In this document: positions 1 to 13,607 of the stretch, in pieces
Layout: every line of letters begins with the position of its first letter
How positions within the stretch are numbered: the stretch's first letter is position 1
Assembly (NCBI GenBank): GCA_012295275.1
Contig: CM022672.1
Coordinates: 30,876,001 to 30,940,000 of the forward strand
Length of the DNA: 64,000 nucleotides
Direction: 5' to 3'
Source: Chrysomallon squamiferum
Taxonomy: Eukaryota; Animalia; Mollusca
Made by a program: the position numbers and the translations under genes
The notes under the pieces: model-generated
The model's database searches: none
Seen by the model: the letters and a program-made list of their open reading frames with translations, nothing else
What the model was told of the DNA's origin: nothing

Positions 1-1028
1 ATAGCCTCGTAGAACTGGATTCCGTGCATTGAGCAGATTTCCGCGGTATGGTCTCGAGTTCCCTGCTTGAAGAACTGGACGTGCAATGACAGCCCGTGAC
101 CCCAGGAGGTCACCACAGGGAGGAGCCAGTCCCGGTGGTTCTGATTCACCCACAGGACAGCACAACCCCTCGGAGCATACAGCCATTTGTGCAGATTTCC
201 TGAAATTTAAAATTTCAGAAAAGTGAATTTAAAAAAAAAAAAAAAATCGAAACTATTAAAATTTTATAATGTTTGGAAAACTTGTGGAGCCATTTGTGCA
301 GATTTCCTGAAGTTAAAAATTCAGAAAATAATTTTTAAATACAAAGTCAAAAACTATTAAAATTTTATGGTTGGAAAACTTGTTGAGCCATTTGTAAAGA
401 TTTCCTGAAGTCAAAATTTCAGAAAAGTTATTAAAAAAGAAATATATCAAAACTATTAAAATTTTGTGCTTGGAAAACTTGTTGAGCCATTTGAATAGCT
501 ATCTTGAAGATAAATTTAAGATAAGGAAAAAAAAAATATATATATATATATATTAAAATTTTGTAATGTTTGGAAACTTGTACCATTTGTGTAGATATCC
601 TGAAGATAAATTTAAGAAAAGTTAAAAAAGAAAATTAAGAAAAAATATTATAATTTTATAATGTTCGGAAAACTTGTTTTGCCTTTTGTGCAGATATTCT
701 GAAGTCAAATTTCAGAAAGTGAAAAAAATATATATTATAATTTTATAATGTTTGGAAAACTTGTTGTGTTAACACAGCTTACACAGGAATGTTCAAAAGC
801 ACCAAGTTACTCAGTTACTCAGATACTCATTGTGACTCAGATGAAACATTTGCAGGTAGGACACAGGTACAGACAATGCATCATTTATCTAATTTTCATC
901 TCTTAAGAAGTCTACATAAACAGCCAAAGCTTTCAGGTCTATTTCTCTATTCTACATAATCTGCAACTTATGAAATATAAATCACTTTATATGTGTGTGT
1001 GTGGGGGGGTATGTATATGTATGTATGC

Positions 1029-1089
<61 letters not shown>

Positions 1090-1171
1090 CTTGTATGGGT
1101 GTGTGTATCTATATATACACACTCAAGCATATACACTTGTATATACACACATTACCAAGCATACAAACACA

Positions 1172-1235
<64 letters not shown>

Positions 1236-2702
1236 GTATACATTCCCATACACACAATTCAAATATGGAATCAAAGAATTTTAATTTTTTTAAATTTAAT
1301 TTTTTTTTTTTTTTGTCTATATTTATTTATTCCAATTTTTTTATTATTATTTATTTATTTATTGATTTTTACTCAACTTGTTTGTTCAAGTAGAACATTA
1401 CCTGTGAAAAAGTCTGCATTCAGGTCATCCAGGTATAAAGGTACCTGCCCAGGTGCGTGTGCACCATCAATGACTGACAGGACGTGGTACTGCCGACACA
1501 GATCAATAATCTGCTTCACAGGCATCAGAACACTGGCTGGACTGGTTATATAGTCTGCCAATAACAAACACAGCTCATTTACCTTTATTATATCTAGTCG
1601 AGTTTAAATTTGTATACGTTTTTCTTTAATATATCATTATTATTATTATTATTACTTTTTATAGTTGATTTTTGACGTAAATGTGTTTTATTATATGTAG
1701 TTGATTGTGAAATTTTAATACGTTTTTCTTTATTATATGATCATTATTATTATTACTATTATCATTATTATTTATAGTTGATTTGTTATTTAAATATGTT
1801 TATTTGTTTTATGTAGTTGATTCTGAATTTTAATATATTTTTCTTTATAAATTATTATTATTATTATTTATTATTATTATTATTATTATCATTATTATTT
1901 ATAGTTGATTTGTTATTTAAATATGTTTATTTGTGTTATGTGTAGTTGATTCTGAATTTTAGTATGTTTTTCTTTATTAAATGATTATTATTATTATTAT
2001 TATTATTTATATTTATAGTTGATTTGTTATTAAAATATGTTTATTTGTGTTATGTGAAGTTGATTGTGAATTTTAATATGTTTTTCTGTATTAAATGATT
2101 ATTATTATTATTTATAGCTGATTTGTTATTAAAATATATTTATTTGTTTTATAATTATATATAGATAATTCCGAATTTTAATGTGTTTTTTTTTTATTAA
2201 ATAATAATAATTATTGTTATTATTATAGTTGATTTAAATGTGTTTATCTTTATTATATGTGGTCAGTTTAAAATTTTATCTTTATTATATGTTTAAATGT
2301 TTAAAATTTTAAAAATGTTTTTCTTTATTATTATTATTATAGTTGATTTTAAATGTGTTTATCTTTATTATATGTGGTCAGTTTAAAATTTTAAAATTAT
2401 TATAGTTTTTAAATGTGTTTTCTTTATTTATTCAGTTTAAAATTTTAATGTTTTTCTTTATTATTATGTATTGTCAATTTTTAATTTAAATACATTTATC
2501 ATTATTATGTGTATTTCATTCTTAATTTTAATACATTTATCTTTACAATATGATTATTATTATTATTACTATTATTTATAGTCAATTTTTAATATAAATT
2601 GTTTATTATATGTAGTCTAATTTTAATATGTTTATCTTTCTTATATGACTATTATTATTATTATTTAAAGTCGATTTTTAATTTAATAAATTTATTTTCT
2701 TA

Positions 2703-2768
<66 letters not shown>

Positions 2769-3023
2769 TAGTCAATTTTTAATTAAATATATTTATCTTT
2801 ATTATATGTAGTCAATTCTTAATGTTATCTTTATCTTTATTATTATATCATTATTATTATTATTATTTATATCTTTATTATGTAATTCATTGTCAGAAGG
2901 TAAAAATTCAAATACATTCAAAATTATAAAACTATTTTCTGTTGTAAAATATTGAAGAAAAGAAAGGAAAACAATGTAAAAATGTGTAACAAGAACTATA
3001 TAATTATAAATGTTCATCTGTTA

Positions 3024-3054
<31 letters not shown>

Positions 3055-3247
3055 ATATAAATTAATTAATATAAATTAATTAGTATAAATAAAAAAACGA
3101 AAATAAATAAAAAAAGAAAAAAGAAAGAAAGAAAAAGAAAGAAAGAAAAAAAAAAAAAAATAAATAAATAAAAAAAAAATAAATAAATAAATAAAAAAAA
3201 AAAAAAAAAAAATAAAAATAATAGAAATAAATAAATAAATACACAAA

Positions 3248-3278
<31 letters not shown>

Positions 3279-6200
3279 AAAGTATTTTAAAAAAAGAGAA
3301 ATCTTAAAAAATGTAAAATATTTACTAACCTATAACTGCTAACTTTATGTTTCTGTGTGACTTGAAACATTCTTCAAACTGGTTCACAATCTCTTGTGCA
3401 CTGCTGATAGGAAACTTTATATCCAAGAAAATGGCTTCACATCCTAGTTACACGAATAAAATTCATTGCTAAATGGTCAAAAGAATATGTTATAAATTTC
3501 AATTTCTGAAAATGGTCAATAAAAAGAAATCAGTAAAAAATAAAATTTAAAAAATATCATCATGTTTTTACCTGAATGAACAAGGTAGAAAAAGTATCCT
3601 TTGATTATAATAATTATGGGATGGAGTTTTGTGAAGAAAAGATAATTTTAGTATGAATAAATTGGAATTTTTTTCATAAGGAATGAAAAATTTCTATAAT
3701 GACAAATTGAATATCATTATCATTTCTCATTTTCACAAGTAAAAATACAAATGAAAAGTCTGTTTCTAGTTAAACATTAAAGAAAATGAATGATGACTGT
3801 ATGTGTAAGTGTATGTAAGTGTGTGTGCATGTGTGCGTATGTATATTCACACACAAACAAACAATGAATCTAATCTAATATAATGTCTAAGCAGTTATAT
3901 ATGGAAAATAATAATTAAAAAAAAAATGGAATATATTCATAATACATATTATTTGTTCTTTGATATATACAACACTGAATTTATTTAGTTTCAACTTATT
4001 TAGAAAAAAGTACATGCATACACATACAGACAGACAGACAAACACACATAAAACAATAAATTTTCTACAAAAAAAATATTATTTATAAATTAAAATGCAG
4101 TCAGTCAAAAAGAGGGACATGGATCAAAATGTTGTTAGTTTTATATTTGTTTAAACATAATTCTCACAATAGACATGTAATTTTCAAATATACAGGAGAT
4201 ACAGTTTTATATTTTTTAGAGACACAATTCTCAAAATATACAGGAGATATATTTATATATTTATATTTTTTCAAAGATACAGGAGATACAGTTTTATATT
4301 TCTTTAGACACATAATTCTCAAATATATAGGAGATATATTTTTATATTTGTTTCTTAAACAACTACTTCTCTTACTGTGAATGGACAAACCTTCGAGTGT
4401 TTTGGTGAAATGGTCAACAGTCCTCTGGACAGCTCCGTACGTCAGTTTGTTTGTAAGTATGGCGTCACCAGGCTGCAGTTTGCACGATCGTATAACACTG
4501 TTAATTCCTGTCGGAATTGGAAAAAATGTCTTTATCAGTTAGAAATAATATATTAATAAGAACATTGTAATAATAATGTAATTATAAAAATGATGAAACT
4601 CATAATAATAAAGTAATTAGAAAAAAATATATATATATAAACATAATAAATGGGCAGTGTTAAAAAGAACTGTAAGACAAAGTCTAAGTTCCTGATTCAG
4701 TTTGTTATGAAACATCTACATCTAAGTGCAGAACTAGTTGATAGCGCTTTGCAGTCCTATTGTAGCTAGCAGCAGATCTAACTTGTAATTACTTTTCAAT
4801 GCACTGAAGGCAGGGAAACATACTGTTAACATTGTTAAATATAAACTGATATTAGCAGAAATATTTGGTTTTTAAATTTACCTACCTGTTAAAAAACCAT
4901 ATAATCACAAGAATTCTACATAACAAGAAAATTAATCATTTGTGGTCTGTTTTATTCTTTTATTTTTATTTTTTCATTTGGGGCTAAGCTGATTTTATTT
5001 GATTATTTTTTTTTTTTTTTTTTTTGAACTATAGATTTCTTTTTTCAACAGAAACAAATGGGTTAGTGTTACTGAATATTAATAAGGAAATCATTTAAAA
5101 TAAACAGAGGAGAGTTTGTTCAGCTAACTAGGATCAATTCTACTTAGTATCAGACCATACTAGATATGGGTGATTGCCTAGGGCACAGACTTCAGTGGGT
5201 TTCATGACTGACAATTCAGGGGTCACTGTTTTACACAAAATTTTAATATAAGAAAAAACATAATAACACAGGATATAAAACATAGGATATAAAATAATAT
5301 CAAAGAATCCCTGCATTTAACATTCAATTTTTAAACTGGTTTCTAAAAGCTACCTAAAGGAAGGTGCTTTAAAAAAATGTTGTCACCTATAATGACTAAG
5401 ATAAAAATAATTTGACTAAAAGTTTTCTAGAAACTATAAAATTTATCAGATTAATATTTAACTAAATAGCACCTTGAGAGTATTTATTTTTACACTAGCA
5501 ATATTAAATTAATTAAAATGAAGAAAAACCTGTTGTGGCATTGGGCACCAGCACTAGATCCTCAGCACTGCAGTGGAGGAATTTAGAAACAACAGTGACT
5601 GCTTTTGTCCAGTACTGAAAAGCCACTTGTCTAAACCACTTGTCTGGATTACTGTCCATCTCTTCTCGATACCTTGCACAAAGTTACAGAAAAAATAAGT
5701 TAAATTATTACTTTAACACAGTAAAAGCGATTAGGGGGAATTTTTTTAAATGAACAGTTGTTGTTTAATTAACTCTAGAGGGAGGAAAGAACAAAAAACT
5801 AAATATAAATGTCAGATCTTTTAAGTACTTGTCTGTAGATCCCTAAATTTTGTAAAGTCTTTTCTTTTCTTTTTTAAATTATGACAATACTGAGCTAAAT
5901 ATCTGATGTTGTTCATTCTCATTATATTAATTAAACATCCATACTTTATTATTGCAATTTTGGGCCAAAAATAAATTTACAAATTTCTGTCCATGTTTAA
6001 TACATAATGTTGTTCACTCTCATGAGATTAATAAAACATATGTACCTTATTATGATAATATGGAGTCAAAACTATTAAAACGAAAGAACCCTCTTTTTAT
6101 ATTTTCACATGTAATTTTCTTCGTTATATTAGAATTAATTTTAACATCCATACTTCATTGCAACACTTCATGGTCAAAACCAAAATTGTTTTTTTTACAT

Positions 6201-6800
6201 TCTTCCTATTTTTATATCTAGTGTCCTTCATTATCATCATTAGAATTAATTAAATATCTGTACCGTATGACAATTCTGAGCAAGATATTGTTTGTTTTTT
6301 CTTAAACCGTCTTTCCATATTTTTATATCTAAATTTCTTCATTCTATTAGAATTAAACATCTGTACCTTATTATGACAGTTCAGGACCCATAGTTAAAAA
6401 AGAATTCTTTATATTTTCATACCTAATTGCCTTGATTATCATCATAAGATTAATTAAACATCCATGCATTATACTGGGCAAAATTTGTGAGAGAAAAAAA
6501 AAAAAAAAAAAAAAAAACAGAGGAAAAAAAAAGACCTCTTCATATTTTGAAATCTAATGTCCTTCATTATAATGTTTAGAATTAATTAAACATCTGTACC
6601 TTATTAGGACAATTCTGGGTTAAAAAAGACTATTAATTAATTAACTATTTGTACCTTCTCTGAGCATCTGCAATCCTTTTTGGAACAGTACCATACGACC
6701 CATGGTTAACAAAGACAGTGTCCTTGTCCAGACACATTTCATTCTGTTTGAAGCTTGCACCAAACTCCACATTCTTGTCCAGTCCATCCAAAAACAGCAT
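1..6800 (-). CDS. PLP-dependent aminotransferase class-V C-S lyase (hercynylcysteine sulfoxide lyase Egt2 / L-cysteine desulfhydrase / isopenicillin N epimerase-like); 3' end beyond the window edge
   Basis: Six phase-compatible GT-AG exons: 6800-6655 (MLFLDG...FVNHGSYGTVPK), 5672-5530 (EMDSNPDKWFR...DLVLVPNATTG), 4507-4391 (INSVIRS...LTYGAV), 3443-3330 (FPISS...IKLAVID), 1554-1402 (YITSPASVLMP...IDGAHAPGQ...ADFFTG), 199-1 (NLHKWLYAPRGCAVLW...PVVTSWG...QGTRD). NHGSYG, NATTG, DGAH and NLHKW (PLP lysine) are characteristic of this family. Confidence 0.92.
181..770. repeat. ~100-bp degenerate tandem repeat carrying copies of the exon-6 splice acceptor and exon start of the lyase gene
   Basis: AGCCATTTGTGCAGATTTCCTGAA at 181-204 is repeated exactly at 288-311, and in decayed form near 386, 485, 583 and 681. 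Confidence 0.88.
990..1256. repeat. (GT)n and (CA)n microsatellites
   Basis: Pure GT run at ~1031-1078 and CA run at ~1175-1232; these generate the spurious CVCV/HTHT ORFs. Confidence 0.95.
1590..2885. repeat. AT-rich degenerate intronic tandem repeat with (ATT)n tracts
   Basis: Recurrent TAGTTGATTTGTTATTTAAATATGTTTATTTG...TAGTTGATTCTGAATTTTAATATGTTTTTCTTTATT units. Confidence 0.8.
4150..4350. repeat. ~40-bp minisatellite
   Basis: About five copies of CAAATATACAGGAGATA plus flanks; source of the ORFs at 4129 and 4164. Confidence 0.8.
5870..6656. repeat. ~115-bp degenerate tandem repeat running up to the first coding-exon donor
   Basis: Repeated AGAATTAATTAAACATCTGTACCTTATTATGACAATTC-like units (about 7). 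Confidence 0.8.
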
Positions 6801-6844
6801 CTCAGATATCTGAAATTTTATACTTTATAATTACTGAATCAGCA

Positions 6845-7150
6845 CAGTAAATTCTATTCTTTAATTACTGTAACAGTAAACTCTATTCTTTAATTATTGT
6901 AACAGTAAACTCTAAACTTTAATTATTGTAACAATAAACTCTAAACTTTAATTGCTGTAACAGTAAACTATTCTTTAATTATTGTAACAGTAAACTCTAA
7001 ACTTTAATTATTGTAACAATAAACTCTAAACTTTAATTATTGTAACAATAAACTCTAAACTTTAATTATTGTAACAATAAATTATATTCTTTAATTATTG
7101 TAACAGGAAACTCTAAACTTTAATTATTGTAACAGTAATCTAAACTTTAA
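6845..7150. repeat. ~30-bp minisatellite
   Basis: About 10 copies of TAACAGTAAACTCTAAACTTTAATTATTG. Confidence 0.9.
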
Positions 7151-9359
7151 TACATTTCTATATGCTAAACAAATGACAGTTTTAAAAATTAAAGTAACTA
7201 AACACAAATTCAGTTATTATATTAAAACATCATAAACATCTAAAGTCGTAGCAAATTTATTTTTAATATTTTTGCTATCTTGTTGTGATAACCAACAAAC
7301 AGAAAATTCTGATAACAGAATAAACCATGAAGTAATCTCTTCTTTATATAGTATCCTTACAAAAACAAACACTGGTGGCCCAAATATTGGAAATGTGTCT
7401 CAACACTATCTTCAAACATTAACTAAAGCCTAGATACAAAGTTTCTTTACATAAACAGTCTGCAGTTCATATACACTTACTTACATTAATTATGTCTCCC
7501 CCAGAAAGTATAATATTTTAAAAAGTTGTTGTTTGGTAAATTTTGGTCAAGATTTCAATTATAAACAAACTGTTTTGTGTTGACTTTCAACTTCTAGCAT
7601 CAAACTGTGGCAAAAGTAAGTTATTAAAAAAAATTCCAGGTGGCAAACTATTATCTTTCTTAGAGTTCATCCACCCCTGCATAAAAATGGACCCATCCAG
7701 CTCCATTTTGGTCAAGACACAGTGACAGTAATGGTCTTTTTTATTTCTTTTTTTCTTTTTTTCTGAACTTAATTTAAATTTAATCGGTTGGCCTAAAGGA
7801 AATATTCAAATGCAACAAACAAACCAATAAATAAAATAGAATAAAATATAAAGTAAAATAAAATAACAATAGCAAAGGCAATAATAATTAAAAAATAAAA
7901 ATAAAAATAATATTTTTGCATAGATTTGTGGGGAAAAAATGCACTTACAATTAAATTTTTTAACATAAACATTATATAGTTTGATATAAAATTAATTCAG
8001 GTAAAACACACCTTTCCATTTTTCAGGTCATAATTAGCTCTAGTTTCAGCCTCAAATGCATTTAAAAGATGATGTCAGAAAAGTTAATTAGTTAAAAAAA
8101 AAATTAATTTGGGTAACAAATGAATAACATCACATTAAAATGCTGAATATAACTGCTTTTTAAGAAAAATATCTAAAAAAATTTTTTACCAGAATTCTTA
8201 ATTATTCAAACCACTTAAAAGTGATATTTCTCTGAAATTTCAGTACCTAAAATAAAAAATAAATAAATGAAAATAAACAAAACTCAAGAAAAACACTGCT
8301 TACACCAAGATTTGTTTTTAAATTACTTCACTGGTAATAACAATAAATGCCTAAAATAAACTTACAGCACAATTTCACTTAATGTTATGTTTTTCACCCT
8401 AGTGACCATTCTTTACTAACAATAAAGTAGGTCAGAAAATTTTATCTGTTTTCATCTTACAGAGACAAAGCAGTAATGTTTTAAGTACAAACACAGCACT
8501 AATTTCAACTCCTCATCTGAAATATTATTAGGCATATTTGATTGTAAAAATATATCACGTTGCTCTTTTGTTTTTTTTCCTACATTTTGATGAGACGTGT
8601 TCAGTGAATTAAAATTAATATTACATACATTTATAAGCAGATTGTTTGTGACTATTAGTCTATGTATAAATCAGATTTTGTTTCATAATCAACCATTGAC
8701 AAACTGATAGCAAATACAAAACAGTGATGAGCTTGTTCTGTGGGTGTTGTTATTTTATAGCACACACATACATACATACATACATATATATGCATACATA
8801 CGTACGTACTTATGTACATACACACACATGTACATGCACACACGCAAACACACACAGACATGCACACACACAAACACACATACACATACATACATATATA
8901 CCTACATAGATACATTCTTTATTACTAACATATTAGCATGCTAATTTAAAAGAATCAATACTTTTAGCATATGCCAAAAGAACTATATACCATAATCAAG
9001 CTACTAAAAAAAAAAAAGCAGTATTTACAAATAACACAACAACAACTAAGTATGACATCAGTTTACTGAAATGTATGCTGAAGCCAATAACCAGACAGTG
9101 ATACAGTATTGTTAGAAAGAATTCTTAATCTGGTACAAGGACTAAGCAGCATGTGATCATTTCCTATTTAAAAAGGGTTTTAAAATGTTCTTATGGTGGA
9201 TGATAGGGAAATATTAGTGATAATGAGGAAGCACAGGACTTTTGTGCACTTTCAGTCATCAAACAGAATTAATATATATTCAAAATGAATGAATAAACAT
9301 ACTGCTTCAGTTTATGTAACAATAAGACAAAAATCTCATGATGTGAAACTGAAGAGAAG

Positions 9360-11100
9360 AATATGCTTGTGGATTGATGTATGAACAGCTCCAAGCCGAC
9401 AGCAAAAAGACATGATCTGAAATGTTATTTCTGGAACATCACTGGCATAGGAAGAGGTGAGATTGCAATAGCTGATGGACATAGTGTATTTTGTAGTGGA
9501 CAGGACAAGAAACATGCAATTGGGATCATCTACCTTAGATACTGCAGTGGTAGTTCTGGAGTTTTGACCAATCTCTGAGTGTCATCTACATCAGCCTGAA
9601 AAACCTATCACAACAAACATCTCTTAGTCCTGCAGTTCTGTGCATGAACAGTTACTAAAAAGCAGGTAAAAAAAAAGAGATGAGGAATACCAGAGAGAGT
9701 TGGATCTAGTTCAAGACTGACATCACAGCATCCAGCCTTCAGGCAGAAGTGACACACCACACAGTCCATTCTTCAGACAAACATCACTGAAGTGACATAC
9801 CACACAGTCCATTCCTCAGACAAACATCACTGAAGTGACATACCACACAGTCCATTCCTCAGACAAACATCACTGAAGTGACATACCACACAGTCCATTC
9901 CTCAGACAAACATCACTGAAGTGACATACCACACAGTCCATTCCTCAGACAAACATCACTGAAGTGACATACCACACAGTCCATTCTTCAGACAAACATC
10001 ACTGAAGTGACACACCACACAGTCCATTCCTCAGACAAACATCACTGAAGTGACATACCACACAGTCCATTCTTCAGACAAACATCACTGAAGTGACATA
10101 CCACACAGTCCATTCTTCAGACAAACATCACTGAAGTGACATACCACACAGTCCATTCCTCAGACAAACATCACTGAAGTGACACACCACACAGTCCATT
10201 CTTCAGACAAACATCACTGAAGTGACACACCACACAGTCCATTCCTCAGACAAACATCACTGAAGTGACACACCACACAGTCCATTCCTCAGACAAACAT
10301 CACTGAAGTGACATACCACCAGTCCATTCCTCAGTCCATTCTTCAGACAAACATCACTGAAGTGACACACCACACAGTCCACACCACACAGTCCATTCCT
10401 CAGACAAACATCACTGAAGTGACACACCACACAGTCCATTCCTCAGACAAACATCACTGAAGTGACACACCACACAGTCCATTCCTCAGACAAACATCAC
10501 TGAAGTGACACACCACACAGTCCATTCCTCAGACAAACATCACTGAAGTGACACACCACACAGTCCATTCCTCAGACAAACATCACTGAAGTGACATACC
10601 ACACAGTCCATTCCTCAGACAAACATCACTGAAGTGACATACCACACAGTCCATTCTTCAGACAAACATCACTGAAGTGACATACCACACAGTCCATTCT
10701 TCAGACAAACATCACTGAAGTGACATACCACACAGTCCATTCTTCAGACAAACATCACTGAAGTGACATACCACACAGTCCATTCTTCAGACAAACATCA
10801 CTGAAGTGACATACCACACAGTCCATTCTTCAGACAAACATCACTGAAGTGACACACCACACAGCTGAAGATTTACTCAGTACAAAATAAGCCAGACTAG
10901 CTGGACTGAGATCACCAATGGCACCTGTCTCTCATCGCAAAGAGATGACGTCAGTACTGAACAGAGGTACACAACACATCAGAACTGGGAGGGGGTCCTA
11001 GTCCTATAAGGGTTTATGGAAAAGATTGAACACTGGACCAGAATGAAGGAATTCTGGAAGTAAAGTGAGGCACCTGGAATTTGTTAATAGGGAATGGTTG
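9360..11100 (+). mobile_element. Degenerate RTE-like non-LTR retrotransposon relic, internally deleted and split by a satellite
   Basis: 9440-9530 translates GRGEIAIADGHSVFCSGQDKKHAIGII, resembling the N-terminal AP-endonuclease of RTE LINEs. 10866-11100 (EDLLST..., then decayed) resembles the RTE ORF C-terminus. Recognised by eye only. Confidence 0.5.
9746..10866. repeat. 43-bp tandem minisatellite, about 26 copies
   Basis: Unit GAAGTGACAYACCACACAGTCCATTCYTCAGACAAACATCACT, head-to-tail with no spacers; two C/T dimorphic sites; irregular units at ~10315-10390. Confidence 0.97.
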
Positions 11101-11206
11101 CCATTATTAGCCTTGGTTCCCATTCACAATTTTAGACCTGCTGTTTATTTATTTATTGTTGTTGTTATTATTATTAAAAAAAATTGTTGTTTTCATTTTA
11201 TTATTA

Positions 11207-11246
<40 letters not shown>

Positions 11247-11529
11247 GCCTTCTTGATACATGTATACATTTATAAACTAGGATGAAAAAATAGTACTCAA
11301 AATCAGAACAACTATTACATTACTTTCAATATTAACGACTTAGAGAATACAGAGAATACTTACACAGATAACAATTGTAAAAACAAGCAAAATATTAATG
11401 TCTACAACAACAACAAGAAAACAATAATAATAATTTAAAAAAAAAAAATATATATATATATTAACCTTGATGAGATCTTGAGAATGTTAGGAGATACTGA
11501 TTGTTTTTGTTGATTTTTTTTTTTATTTT

Positions 11530-11566
<37 letters not shown>

Positions 11567-11837
11567 TAGTGGTTTATAATTTGTATTAAAATTTTCTTAA
11601 AAGTTTACAGTTATTCATTTATTTGACGGTAGAACAAATTTATGATATTAAAAATAATAATAATAATAAATGTCATTCTTGCCTTGTAACATGAATACGT
11701 TGTCAAACCATCGTAGCTAAAATGCCATTATATTTGGCTGACATTATACAAACAAACAAACCTACACCCAAAGATGTAAACAAAACAAAACAAAAAAATA
11801 AATAAATTATAAATAAAATTCGAGAACCTTTTACGTA

Positions 11838-12480
11838 CCTCCCATGATCTAGAATAGGCACTTGAATTTTAGCTGCTAACAGACTATCGTGGGGGTAAAA
11901 ATAAAATAAGGAAGAAGAAAATGATTCAATACGAAACATAGTTTATTTCAGTTAACGAACTATATCGTGAACATTATAAAACTGAGCAATTAACTTTCGC
12001 TTGTCAAAGTGGTCCAATCAACCTTTTAACTTTTCTTCCCGCCCCCCTCCCGACTCCGCTTTGACACAGGCAGCCATGCTTATTGTCATACCCGGTGTAC
12101 ATGCAAAAATATTCCTCGTTTCAGAAATTAGTCCAGTGAAAAGCGCCGATCTAGTTTTATAAACATTCATAGCTTTTTACAGTCGGACCTTTTTCGTTTC
12201 GTTTTGTTTTGTTTATAATCATCGGTCGATTTCTTAAAAAAAACAAAAAAACTTAAAGAACATTGAAGTGTTTCACTTTCATAAACTGAAAAAAATAATA
12301 ACGATCATTGGATCAATGAAAATGGCTTTAGATCTTACATGAGTTGACGGCCGTTTTCCTTCGTCAAGTAAACTAGCAGGTCAGCAGTCAATATTTTGAA
12401 CGTATATCGAAAAATAAAAGCATCCGTTTCTGTGCTCTGTGCGCATGCACATTTTTGTCAGTCGATATGATGTGAATTGT
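11838..12480 (-). promoter_or_regulatory. Candidate promoter / non-coding first exon of the lyase gene
   Basis: Locally CpG-richer; CCAAT at ~12014, GC-box CCCGCCCC at ~12038, NRF1-like GTGCGCATGCAC at ~12439; minus-strand donor GAG/GTACGT at ~11838. The ATG exon has an acceptor at 6810, so an upstream exon is expected. Confidence 0.4.
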
Positions 12481-12692
12481 AGGAATTCAGTACGGAATTG
12501 TCAATTGGAGTTGTTATTTTAATACTTAAGCCTTAAGGAGGTAAGGATAAATACTGCAGAGTCAGTTATGATTGATCATGTAGCGGCAGTTAACAAATCC
12601 ACTTATTATGTCATTATAAGTGTATAGTAACCACACACACACACATACAAAATGTCAATATATATTGACCCCCAACTGTTTTGTACCAAATA

Positions 12693-12693
<1 letters not shown>

Positions 12694-12773
<80 letters not shown>

Positions 12774-12806
12774 CTATATGTGTGTGTGTGTGTGTGTGTG
12801 TTTGTG
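12694..12806. repeat. (GT)n microsatellite
   Basis: Long TG run. Confidence 0.95.
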
Positions 12807-13607
12807 TTGGTTACAAATGTTTCTAAACACTTTGAAATTCAAATGATTAATATTTAAATAAAATTATTTTTTTCAGATTTTGTTTAAATTGCAGTAAGGC
12901 CCTATTGCATTTTCTCATATGTCAAAGACATTTGTGTGAATAAATATTTCCTATGTTTCATGGTTTTCCAGTAATGAAAATTATATATTACATGTCATTG
13001 CTATATTACATGCATGAAAATATGAAATAAAATGTACAAAAATGTCCTTAGCCAGTATGTTTTATTTCAACATTAGAAATTATGAGAATACATAAAACTA
13101 CCTGGAACACATTTTTCACACTGTTAGTGAAGGTCCATTGTCAGATATAAAAAAGTTAAGCAGTGTGAACTAAAGACACTTCCTGGATTCTTTTGGGTAT
13201 AGAGGTCCTCATGTTCAAGTTTCTTCAAGTTTCATAGTGTTCTGCCTCTCATCATAACTTACATTATAACCAAATATTTCCAACTCCCTGTTATTTGTGA
13301 TGACTAAAAAATCCATATTCTCAATACATTTTTTATTTTTTTTAAATTGTCTAAAATCCTTTCCAACATTAGTATTTTCACACAAATACAAACACATACT
13401 ATTATATTGTAATTTTATGTAAGAAAACTTAAGTTAAATAATTTATTTAGCATAACTTTTTTTTCTTTTTTTTAAAAATATTATGGTGTTTGAAAAGTTT
13501 GTAGTCTTAAGAAGAAAAAAACAACAACATATAATTACATATAATATTAACAAGCAAAACAAAAAGCTGATGATCAACAGTAACATTGTTACAGATTCTT
13601 CAAGTTT

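Noticed and set aside
970-1553. ORFs of 104-186 aa rich in CV/HT
   Set aside because: Translations of GT/CA microsatellites, partly antisense to the real exon 1554-1402.
1-6800. Recent horizontal transfer or contamination for the Egt2-like gene
   Set aside because: It has at least five spliceosomal introns with host-type repeats; any transfer would have to be ancient and needs a phylogeny.
9746-10866. CRISPR-like regular array
   Set aside because: Units are head-to-tail with no unique spacers, there are no cas genes, and the context is eukaryotic.
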